64,000 bases of DNA, from NCBI GenBank assembly GCA_049521175.1, contig JBEKPB010000006.1, positions 41,296-105,295 on the forward strand, written 5' to 3'. The notes beneath the pieces were generated by a model, which saw only the letters and a program-made list of their open reading frames with translations, was not told the origin of the DNA and ran no database searches. Positions 19,009 to 27,556 of the stretch are shown piece by piece (position 1 is the first letter of the stretch; every line of letters starts with the position of its first letter). The stretch is from Candidatus Limnocylindrales bacterium (lineage in GTDB: Bacteria; Chloroflexota; Limnocylindria; Limnocylindrales; CSP1-4). The position numbers were made by a program, and so were the translations under genes.

Positions 19009-19204
19009 TTCCGGGGAGCGGGCGTGAGCGCGCCGGGGTCACAGCCCGCGGGAGCCCGATTCCGCGAATATGCGCACGGTGCGAGCGGCCTCGGGATTGA
19101 TGACCGTCGCGGAGCCGCAGGACTACTCCGAACAGGTCTCCGGCGCCAATTCCAGTGTCGTCACGGATCGAAGAAGCCAGGGGATTGGCCGCCGACACGG
19201 TCGC

Positions 19205-20011
19205 TCAACGGATCGGCCACAGGATTTCGGTGCGGAGTGCGCCGGCGTCCCCGACCTGCTCCGGGCCGACCAGATAGACCTCGCGGGGCGGTCCTGCCGT
19301 CTCGTGGCCGTGCTCCTGGACCCATTCGCCCAACGCGCGGTAGGCCGGAGCTATCTCCTCGTACCGGCCGGCGTGGACCGTCGTCGCAACCAGGCCGCCG
19401 GGGATCGTGGTGGCGATCACGCGCCCCGTGGGCCCGATCGGCTCGGCGACCGGCATGCCGACCTCGAGGTCCACCTCGGCTTCAGCGGATTCGGCGCTGT
19501 GGTAGATGCCGTAGGCGGGGCCGGCGAACCTGACGCACTGCTGGCCCGCAACCCCAAAGACCTCCAGGAGCGCTGCGGAGATGAACGATCCAAGGTCGGA
19601 CCAGGGCGCCCGGCCTCGGATTGACGCAGCAGGCTGTGGCTCCGTCTCCCGGAGATGGATCTCGTATGTCATCGGTGGCTCCTCGCGCAACATCGAATCG
19701 AGCAAGGAGATGGCGTAGCGCCGCCGATCGGCCTCTGCCTGGAGTCTCTCCCGATGGGCCTCAAGCAGAGCCTTCGTCCCGGCGGTGTCGCTGGCGAGGA
19801 TCGCTCGGATCTCCGGTAGCGGCATGTCGAGGAATCGCAGGGTCCTGATCCGGTCCGCGTCCTCCGCCTGAGCCATCGAGTAGTAGCGATAGCCCGTGTC
19901 GGGATCGACAGCGGCAGGAGGCAGCAGGCCCAGCTCGTCGTAATGACGGAGCGCCGGGATCGAGAGCCGGCAGATCTCGGAGAACCGACCGATCGGTAGC
20001 AGGTTCCGCAT
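19205..20011 (-). CDS. MerR-family transcriptional regulator with C-terminal GyrI-like effector domain
   Basis: N-terminal IGRFSEICRLSIPALRHYDELGLL HTH. Coiled-coil region. C-terminal about 150-aa GyrI-like fold. Confidence 0.8.
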   Translation of the reverse strand: MRNLLPIGRFSEICRLSIPALRHYDELGLLPPAAVDPDTGYRYYSMAQAEDADRIRTLRFLDMPLPEIRAILASDTAGTKALLEAHRERLQAEADRRRYAISLLDSMLREEPPMTYEIHLRETEPQPAASIRGRAPWSDLGSFISAALLEVFGVAGQQCVRFAGPAYGIYHSAESAEAEVDLEVGMPVAEPIGPTGRVIATTIPGGLVATTVHAGRYEEIAPAYRALGEWVQEHGHETAGPPREVYLVGPEQVGDAGALRTEILWPIR

Positions 20012-20117
20012 CGCGTTCCTCCGTCAGCCTGGATCGAACCGGATCCAGGCTCGTTTGGCGCGACCAGCCTGGATCCTCAGGCAACCGGAGAGTCAAGCCC
20101 GACGACCGGTATCCGAT

Positions 20118-21685
20118 CTTAGAGCCTGAGAACCAATCGTATTGGGCAAAGGCGGGCGATTGGATCAGGCTTTCGCGAAGTTGATCGGGGAGCGGGACCA
20201 TCGAGATGTTGTCCAGACACGGCCCGCGGCGCAGTGGAGCGACGGGGGTGGCGATGGTGACGTTCCGCCCCGGGTGCCTCGCGTCAGGCGGCGCTGGCCG
20301 CTGAGCGCAATGCCGCTGTCCGCATGAGGTTGTGAGCCAGGGCGAACCAGAGGAGCACGGCTCTGGCCTTCGCCCTGCCTCGGACGCCGAAGCGCTGCAG
20401 GCCTCGATTGCGGGCGATGGCGTTGACGCACTCGGCGGTGGCGGCCCGGTCTTTGTAGATCTCCTTCGCTTGCGGCGTGCCCATCCGAGTGCGCCAGTCG
20501 GCAACGGCGGGCGAGTCCGATGGAAGCGGCAGATACGGGTCGCGACCCCGGACCTCAGGGGTGCGGACTGGCAGGTAGAGGGTCGTGCCGGCTTCGGGGG
20601 CAGCGAACTCCTCGATCTCGGCGCTGGCCAGAAAGCCGGCGTCGGCGAGCCAGGCGCCTGGTGCGCGGCCGTATCTCGTGCGTAGCTGGCGAACCATCGG
20701 GCCAAGCTGGCCTGATCGGTGCCAGCGTTGGTCAGGTCCAGTCCGACGATGACCTGGCTGCCCGTATCGGTCACGAGCTGGGCGTTGTATGCGGGTCTCC
20801 AGCCGCCGTCGGCCATCTTCATGACGCGGGCCTCCGGATCGGTTGTGGAGGCCCGGGCATCCTCTGGGGGCTTGCCGCGCTTGGCGTTGCGCTTCTTGGC
20901 GGCTTCGAGTGCCGGCAGATGGGCGAGAGCATGTCGAACCCTCTCGGCCCGCTCTCGTGTGGCCCGCTCTCTCGCTGCGGCGACCCGCCGACTGCTTGCA
21001 CCCGGGTCGTCATCGAGTTCGTTCTTGAGGGCGCGGACCTGGGCATCGGCTTGTGCGAGGAAGCGCTCGAGTCTGTCTCGGCGGCGGTATGAAGCCGCAC
21101 CTGCGGCTGCTCGGACCCGGACGCCGTCCTGGGCGACCGCGACCATGGTCACCAGGCCATCGGCCAGGAGCGCCGCGACGCTCTCTGTGAGGAGCCGATC
21201 GAGGACATCGGCGTGCTCGACCCGGAACGCCGCGAGGGTGTGATAGTTGAGCCCGACCCCGCCGGCAAGCCAGCGGTATCCATCGTGCTCCTCACACAGC
21301 CGGTCGAGCGCCCTGGCGCTGCCGACGCCTTCGAGCGTCGCGTACAGCCACAGCGCCACGAGGATTGCAGGATCGATCGGTGGCCGTCCCGGATGGCCCT
21401 CGATTGCCTTGATGCGCGTATACAGCGGCGTGAGATCGAGCCCCTCCACGAAGGCCCACACGAGGCGAGCCCGATGGTCGGGGCCGAGGAGGCCGTCGAG
21501 ATCGACCGAACGCAGCTCGAGCTGGCCCCGGTTCGGTAGCTGGAGGCGCGGTACGCCTGCCGCCTCCTGGTGCTCGTCTGGCTCGGCGAGTGGGAGTGCG
21601 AAGAGAGTGTCGTCCATGCCGAGAATCGTAGCTGCGAGGAGGTCGGCTGGGAATCCCTGAAACCAATAGATTCACAGGCTCTTAG
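20118..21685. mobile_element. IS1182/IS5-family insertion sequence (about 1.57 kb) with imperfect terminal inverted repeats
   Basis: Left end cttagagcctgagaaccaatcgtattgg at 20118-20145. Right end ccaatagattcacaggctcttag at 21663-21685. The ends match 16/19 positions as an inverted repeat. Encodes one transposase. Confidence 0.65.
20284..21617 (-). pseudogene. IS1182/IS5-family DDE transposase, split by a frameshift near 20.69 kb
   Basis: N-terminal frame LAEPDEHQ...RLQLPNRGQLEL...TDPEARVMKMADGGWRPAYNAQ. C-terminal motifs LADAGFLASAEI...KEIYKDRAATAECVNAIARNRGLQRFGVRGRAKA are in another frame (20284-20697). The six-frame ORF 19761-21617 reads through into merR antisense. Confidence 0.65.
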
Positions 21686-22353
21686 CGACGGGCGACCGGC
21701 TCTGACGCGCGACTTCGCGATCGACCGACCGAACCCAACGCTTGACATGGCCCGACGCCGACGATGGGCGGCCAGCCCGACCGACAGAGCAGGTCCAGCC
21801 TCAGGCTGAGCCTTGCAGCTGAAGAAGGATGGTCGTCGTCTGGCTGCCCGAGGTGACCGCAACGCGGTAGGTGCCGTTGGGCCATGCCCACGGAAGGGAC
21901 TGCCAGGCCTCCGGGACCGATCTGGCGGTGGGGTTCCAAGACGCCGTCGAAGGCGGGATCCAGGACTCGCCCGACCGCAGGATCCTGCGTGCCCTGGCGG
22001 GAGTCGCGGATGGGCCGGCGGTCGGTGTGACCGATGGCGAGGCTACGCTTTCGGCGGGGAGCGGGCTGACCTGGGTGAAGGGCGGGAACCCAGGCGGCGG
22101 CAGGGATACGCGTCTACGCCGGTCACCAGGCGGGTCGGATCGCGTGGTGGAACGCCCTCGTGCAGTGACAGCGAAGCTCCGAGTCTAGCCTACGATCGAA
22201 GCAATCTTCCGCGGGCGCGAGTGACGGCGCGCTCCTTCGCAAACGGCTCGGGCCCCCCTCCCCGGGCCGTTTGCCGTGTCAACGCGAAGGTTCGTCTGGG
22301 ATCGCTCGCACGCGATAGCGGCCAGTCGGGTGGCCCCGTGCTCTGCCGATCTG

Positions 22354-23454
22354 CTAGGACCCGCCGCCGACCTGACCGCCATCGGCCCCGAGCTCGGCCG
22401 ACAGCATCGCCGCCAGCTCTCGAGCGTTGGTGGAACCGTAGTTGGCGTAGCAGTTGTTCATCAGGATGTGCATCTCGCGAGCCTCCTCGGCCGCTTCTTG
22501 GAGACGCGGCAGCCACTCACGCAACTCGTCCTCGCTGTAGAGGTAGCGGAACCGCTCGACTACCGGTATGCCGGTTGCCTCCCACGTCTCGACCCGCCGG
22601 CCGTGGAACCTGACCACCGCCAGATCGGGGGAGGTCACCTTGGAGAGGGGCGGAACGCTGCTTCGCAGGCCCTGGGGACCATCGACCATGACCAGAGGTA
22701 TCGAGTTATCGGCTAGGAAGCGCAGCGTCCGATCGCGGTTCTTCTCGTTGAACCAAGTTTCGCTCCGGAATTCGACCGCCGACCTGACATCTCCGAGGAG
22801 CTGGCGGGCCTCGAGGATCAGGTCGCGGCTCTCGCTCGTGGGGAAGAACCACTTCGGGTACTGGAGGAGTACGGAGCCCAGCTGGCCGGCGGCCCGAAGT
22901 GGCTCCAGCCCCGCCAGATAGAGTCGCCAGACCTCGTCCCGCAGCTCGGCCGGGAGGTCGCGGGCATAGATCCGCGCTTGGGCGGCGAGACTTGCAGGCA
23001 GCGCCGACCGAAGGTCCTTGGGGAGCCGCTTGGTCTCGGTCGGCTGGCCGGTCATCAGGGCGTGCGCCTTCGCGTCGAAGACGAAGTCCGGTGGAGTCCG
23101 CTCCACCCATGCTGCTGCGACCCGGACCGACGGCAGGGCGTAGTAGGTGGCGTCGACCTCGACGACTGGGAAAGTGGCTGCGTAGTAAGCGAGCCGATCC
23201 TCCGCGCTGTCCGCGCCACGCGGGTAGAAGACCCCCGGCGCCGTCATCGTCGGGTCCGTCCACGAAGCGGTGCCTATCCGGATCGTGGCCCCGTGCGGGG
23301 TCACTATCGGTTCGCGGGCGGCCCCTTCGACTGCGACCGCCCGCTCGCCGGCAACGTCCGACCCTGGGTCGTGAGGATTGGCACCTGTACTCTCGGGCGG
23401 CAGGGAAGGCATGGCGTCAGATTGCCCGATCCTCAGCCGGTTTGCCACCGCCAT
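22354..23454 (-). CDS. DUF72 (YecE-like) family protein
   Basis: IRIGTASW...FYP...YYAATFPVVEVDATYY signature. N-terminal extension makes the start uncertain. Confidence 0.75.
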   Translation of the reverse strand: MAVANRLRIGQSDAMPSLPPESTGANPHDPGSDVAGERAVAVEGAAREPIVTPHGATIRIGTASWTDPTMTAPGVFYPRGADSAEDRLAYYAATFPVVEVDATYYALPSVRVAAAWVERTPPDFVFDAKAHALMTGQPTETKRLPKDLRSALPASLAAQARIYARDLPAELRDEVWRLYLAGLEPLRAAGQLGSVLLQYPKWFFPTSESRDLILEARQLLGDVRSAVEFRSETWFNEKNRDRTLRFLADNSIPLVMVDGPQGLRSSVPPLSKVTSPDLAVVRFHGRRVETWEATGIPVVERFRYLYSEDELREWLPRLQEAAEEAREMHILMNNCYANYGSTNARELAAMLSAELGADGGQVGGGS

Positions 23455-23500
23455 TACGGCGCAGACTCAGCCGCGCCGTCGAGGCGGAACGTTGCCCCGG

Positions 23501-23878
23501 TCAGGCACACGGCTCGACCCCGGCAGGCAGGACTCGCTGCCCGAGCTCCACAAGCCTGCGGCCGGCCGCCTCACGGGCAGCCCGCAGCGCGCCCCGGCGG
23601 GCTTTCGAGACTCCCAGGCGCGCCTCGGAGTGTGGGCGATTGGCCATCCGCCAGTCAGCCTCCAGCTCCTTGGCCCTTGCCCGTGCCGCACGCAGCTGCT
23701 CAACGTCGTCGATACCAAAGGGACGCATGGTCACGAGTTCCTCCAACTCTGGATGACGCCCCGACCCTACCGCTGAGAGGGCCGGGCGTCCTCCTGTTGA
23801 CTGCTTCTGAGACGAGCTTAGTGGAGATACCTGACGGTTACTGTCAGGAACTCGGCCTAGAAATCGGGTACGCTGCAC
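23501..23878 (-). CDS. Hypothetical small protein divergent from WYL regulator
   Basis: ORF only. Could be real at about 75 aa from internal ATG (MRPFGIDDVEQLRAARARAKELEADW). Confidence 0.2.
   Translation of the reverse strand: MQRTRFLGRVPDSNRQVSPLSSSQKQSTGGRPALSAVGSGRHPELEELVTMRPFGIDDVEQLRAARARAKELEADWRMANRPHSEARLGVSKARRGALRAAREAAGRRLVELGQRVLPAGVEPCA
23830..23848. promoter_or_regulatory. Palindrome CCTGAC-N7-GTCAGG in promoter region of WYL regulator (candidate autoregulatory operator)
   Basis: Perfect 6-bp arms 33 bp upstream of ATG 23881. TTGACT -35-like hexamer at 23796. Confidence 0.35.
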
Positions 23879-23880
23879 GG

Positions 23881-24870
23881 ATGCGAGCGAGTCGGCTGAT
23901 CTCCGTTCTGTTGCTCCTTCAAACCCGTGGTCGGATGACCGCGCGGCAGCTGGCCGACGAGCTCGAAGTCTCGATGCGGACCGTGTACCGGGATGTGGAG
24001 GAACTGAGCGCTTCCGGCATTCCCGTCTACGCCGACCGCGGCACGAACGGCGGCTTCCAGCTCGTGGAGGGCTATCGGACGAGACTCACCGGCCTGACTC
24101 CTGAGGAGGCAGAGGCGCTGTTCCTGTCGGGCTATCCCGGACCGGCCGCCCAGCTCGGCCTGGGGACGGTTCTGGCTGCCGCACAGCTCAAGGTTCTGGC
24201 CGCCCTGCCCCCGGAACTGCGGAGTCGCGCCTCGAGACTGCGCCAGCGCTTTCATCTCGATGCACCGGGCTGGTTCCAGGAACCCGAGGTCGTGCCCCAC
24301 CTGCAGGGGATCGCCGAGGCCGTCTGGGCCGACAACCAGCTGAGGATGAGCTACAGGCGCGGTGGCGAGACCGACGCCGTCGAGCGTCTGGTCGATCCAC
24401 TTGGGCTGGTCTTGAAGGCCGGCGTCTGGTATCTCGTGGCGAGGGTTGAGGGCGGGCTGCGCACCTACCGCGTGTCGCGCATCGTCGAGCTGACGCTTCT
24501 GGCCCCGCGCTTCGAACGGCCCGACGATTTCGACCTCGCCGACTACTGGGCGCGATCCGTCGCCGAATACGCCGAGAGCCTGCCATCGTTTGCCGCCAGG
24601 GTGCGGGTCCGCGCGGATGGCCTGGAGAGGTTGGCCGACGCCGTCGGTCAGACGGCAGCCACCGAGGCGGTCGCGACGGCAGCCGGACCGGACCCGGACG
24701 GCTGGACCACCCTCTCCCTCAAGCTGGAGGACCTGTGGCATGCGGAGGCCCAGCTACTCCGACTCGGTCCCGACGCAGAGGTTCTAGAGCCGCTCGAGCT
24801 GCGTGAGATCATGGCTGCGGCCTCGCGAGCCATGGCCGCGCTGTACGCCGGTGAGGAACCCCGCAAGTGA
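23881..24870 (+). CDS. WYL-domain transcriptional regulator (HTH-WYL-WCX architecture, PafB/C-, BrxR-, CapW-like)
   Basis: MRASRLISVLLLLQTRGRMTARQLADELEVSMRTVYRDVEELSASGIPVYADRG N-terminal wHTH. 329 aa. Confidence 0.85.
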   Translation: MRASRLISVLLLLQTRGRMTARQLADELEVSMRTVYRDVEELSASGIPVYADRGTNGGFQLVEGYRTRLTGLTPEEAEALFLSGYPGPAAQLGLGTVLAAAQLKVLAALPPELRSRASRLRQRFHLDAPGWFQEPEVVPHLQGIAEAVWADNQLRMSYRRGGETDAVERLVDPLGLVLKAGVWYLVARVEGGLRTYRVSRIVELTLLAPRFERPDDFDLADYWARSVAEYAESLPSFAARVRVRADGLERLADAVGQTAATEAVATAAGPDPDGWTTLSLKLEDLWHAEAQLLRLGPDAEVLEPLELREIMAAASRAMAALYAGEEPRK

Positions 24871-25102
24871 CGCGCGTCGGGCAGTCACGCCAGCCCGGAA
24901 GTACTGCCCGAACCTACCCGTGTCGGCAGGCGCTACGGCGTTGCCCGGCGTCAGGTCATGTGGCAGGCTCATGACTTGACGAGATCAAGTCGGCGTGGGC
25001 CGATGTCTGGCGAAAGGATAGACTCGAGAGCCAGCATCCCTGGCGAGCCTGGGAAGAAGCGATCCCGGGCCGTCGTCCGGTTCGTCAGGGCAGGAGATTG
25101 AC

Positions 25103-26113
25103 GTGTTCTGGACTCGGCCAAGCCGCGAAGCGCGGCGTCAGAAGGTGCTCGACGAGTTGCTCGAGCTCAGCCCGGACGAACGGCCCGCGCGTCTCGAAGG
25201 AGCGGTAGCGGCGGGCGACATCCGCGCGGATGAGGTCCATGCGGTGCTCGCGCTCGTCAAGAGGCTCGATGCCCTGAGTGTCATGACGCCCTATCCGGTG
25301 TCCGGCACACCCGGCGGGGTCGCTCCGGAGGCCACCGCGGGATTGCCCGTCTCGCAGCGGACCACAACTGCGAAACGGCCGACCGCGCGCAAGCCAACGG
25401 CGCGCAGGCCAGCGGCGCGCGCCGTTGCAGCCACGCCCGCCCAGAAGCCCGCCGCTGCCAAACCGAAGACCGCCCGCAAGTCCGTTGCGCCAGCTGCAGC
25501 CACGCCCGCCGAGGAGCCCTCTACCGCCAAGCCGGCGGCCGCCCGAAAGTCGGCGACGTCAGCTGCAGCCACGCCCGCCCAGAAGCCCGCCGCTGCCAAA
25601 CCGAAGACCGCCCGCAAGTCGGCGACGTCTGCTGTTGCCACGCCCGCCGAGGAGCCCGCTACCGCCAAGCCGGCGGCCGCCCGAAAGTCGGCGACGTCAG
25701 CTGTTGCGGCGTCCGTGCAGAAGCCCTCCGCTGCCAAACCGAAGACCGTCCGCAAATCCGTTGCGCCCGCTGCAGCCTCGAAACCCAGGAAATCAGGGGG
25801 CGCGCAGCTGCCCGCCCCGGAATCCGCGACCAACCGGGTCCCTCGGGACAGTAAGCGCCGGCCGGCGCCCAAGGCGCCGCCGGTCCCAGTCGAGTTGGCA
25901 GCCGCGGTGAGTCACGTTGTCGAGACCGATCTGGCCAATCCCCGCGCTCGCGCCGGCTCGTGGTCGTCGCGTAAGCGACGCCATCGCGTCGTGGCCGAAG
26001 ACCGCGCCTCGACCCGCGGACGCGCGAAGTCGGACGCCAAAGAGGCTCTCGACGAGCATGCTCCCGACGGTACCGCGCCGAGCTGGCCCGACATCTCCTG
26101 GCTTCGGCACTGA
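25103..26113 (+). CDS. Hypothetical protein with tandem Lys/Ala/Pro-rich (histone H1-like) repeats
   Basis: 336 aa. Central repeats ATPAQKPAAAKPKTARKS.. / ATPAEEP.TAKPAAARKSATSA. Confidence 0.5.
   Translation: MFWTRPSREARRQKVLDELLELSPDERPARLEGAVAAGDIRADEVHAVLALVKRLDALSVMTPYPVSGTPGGVAPEATAGLPVSQRTTTAKRPTARKPTARRPAARAVAATPAQKPAAAKPKTARKSVAPAAATPAEEPSTAKPAAARKSATSAAATPAQKPAAAKPKTARKSATSAVATPAEEPATAKPAAARKSATSAVAASVQKPSAAKPKTVRKSVAPAAASKPRKSGGAQLPAPESATNRVPRDSKRRPAPKAPPVPVELAAAVSHVVETDLANPRARAGSWSSRKRRHRVVAEDRASTRGRAKSDAKEALDEHAPDGTAPSWPDISWLRH
25427..25775 (+). repeat. Tandem repeat, about 69-bp unit alternating in two variants (138-bp period), about 5 copies, inside CDS
   Basis: gcagccacgcccgcccagaagcccgccgctgccaaaccgaagaccgcccgcaagtc... 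alternating with ...acgcccgccgaggagccc..accgccaagccggcggccgcccgaaagtcggcgacgtc. Confidence 0.8.
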
Positions 26114-26133
26114 GGTGCGCCCGCGATCCACGG

Positions 26134-26933
26134 TCATGATCCTGTCGCGATCGCCACGAACCGACCGGAGACGCGCTCGACCCTGAGCGGGATATCGAAG
26201 GCCTCGCTCAGCACGGAACTCGTGACGACCTCCGCGGCCGGCCCGGCGCAGACGACGCGACCGGATCGCAGGACCAGCGCGTGGGTGGTCCCGGGCGCGA
26301 TCTCCTCGACGCGGTGGGTTACGACAACCGTGGCCGCCAGGCCGCGCTCAGCATTGAGCCGGGCAAGCAGGACTGCCAGCCGCTCGCGTGCGCCGAGGTC
26401 CAACCCCGCGGCCGGCTCGTCGAGCAGCAGCAGGGCGGGGTCGAGCATCAGAGCTCGAGCGATCTGGACCGCTGTTTCTCGCCGGAAGACAGGAGCCCGA
26501 AACGACGGTCCCCAAGGGCTGCGCAGCCGACGACGTCCAGCAGTTCGGCCGCGCGCTCTTCGGTGGCTCGAGCCGGTCGATCCCACCACGGCGCGATGGA
26601 GCCTGTGGCGCCGGCCACGACGACTTCGTGGGCGCTCAGCTGAGGTGGTATGCGTCCATCGAGCGAGGCGCTGACGAAGCCGATCCGGCGCCGCAACTCA
26701 CGAACGTCCACGGTCCCCACGGCCTGACCCAGCACCGATACGCTGCCGAGGGAAGGCCAGAGATACGTGGCCGCGACGGACATCAGAGTGGTCTTGCCGC
26801 TGCCGTTGGGACCGAGCAGGACCCAGCGTTCGCCCGGGTGAACGTGCCAGTCGACGCCGTCGACAAGCCGGTTGCCGGACCGGATGACCGAGACGCCGTG
26901 TAGCCTGACGATTTCGTCCGCAGGTGCGGTCAT
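26134..26933 (-). pseudogene. ABC transporter ATP-binding protein, frameshifted within the signature motif
   Basis: Walker A GPNGSGKTT and LSSGEKQR in one frame (26448-26933). Expected continuation VQIARALMLDPALLLLDEPAAGLD is in another frame (26134-26470). A single-base indel at about 26455-26465 is implied. Confidence 0.7.
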
Positions 26934-27535
26934 CGAGGCGCGTTGCCGTGTGGCTCTATTGCCGACAACGCCTGATCCAGGCGCTCGAGCAACGGGATCT
27001 GGGTCTCCTTCATGTGCCGCCGGGCCTCATCAGGGCCGAAGTAGACCCACTTGTCGACCTCGGGGAACCGTTTCACCCTGCCCGAGAATGGCGGCCATGG
27101 GAATTCGATGAAGTTGCTGGTCATCGTGGCGGTGTCGATGTCGCCCTCGATGGCCCACGCGTATACGATCTTTCCGCCCTTCTGACGGATGGAACCGAGG
27201 TCGATCAAGGGGCCGGGCGGAACCGGATGGCCGACCTCCTCGAGAAACTCTCGCCGGGCGGTCTGCTCGTAGTCTGGGTCAGTCGGGTCGACCTCACCCT
27301 TTGGGATCGACCAATTGCCGAGGTCCTTGTTGCCGAAGAAGGGACCGCCAGGGTGCACGAGCAGGACCTCGAGAACCTCTCCCCGGCGGCGATAGAGCAG
27401 GATGCCGGCGCTGGTGCGTGTCACGGACCGAAGCGTACCGGTTTCGCGGTCTGACGCACGACGGCCCGGAACCCGTCCGGCTGCCAAGATAGGCACGACC
27501 AATTGGAGATGCGGAGCCATCCGCGTCGGATCCAC
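26930..27535 (-). CDS. NUDIX hydrolase
   Basis: GILLYRRRGEVLEVLLVHPGG...IPKGEVD...TARREFLEEVG (Nudix box). Stop overlaps the ABC ATPase start (ATGA). Confidence 0.75.
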   Translation of the reverse strand: MDPTRMAPHLQLVVPILAAGRVPGRRASDRETGTLRSVTRTSAGILLYRRRGEVLEVLLVHPGGPFFGNKDLGNWSIPKGEVDPTDPDYEQTARREFLEEVGHPVPPGPLIDLGSIRQKGGKIVYAWAIEGDIDTATMTSNFIEFPWPPFSGRVKRFPEVDKWVYFGPDEARRHMKETQIPLLERLDQALSAIEPHGNAPR

Positions 27536-27556
27536 CGACGACCGGAGGAACGAAGA

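Noticed and set aside
19761-21617. 618-aa ORF as a single large protein
   Set aside because: Only the first about 300 codons resemble a transposase. The rest is Arg/Pro-rich read-through running antisense into the merR-family gene. The transposase C-terminus is in another frame.
23830-23848. Interpreting TGTCAG-containing palindrome as a PafBC RecA-NDp promoter motif
   Set aside because: The motif is too short (expected about 18 chance hits per 64 kb at this composition) and does not match the full TGTCAGTG-N8-TAnnnT architecture. Kept only as a generic operator candidate.
22354-26113. WYL regulator neighbourhood as a phage-defence island
   Set aside because: No nuclease, ATPase, methyltransferase or cyclase genes characteristic of defence systems are adjacent. 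Neighbours are DUF72, a repeat protein and a broken ABC ATPase.
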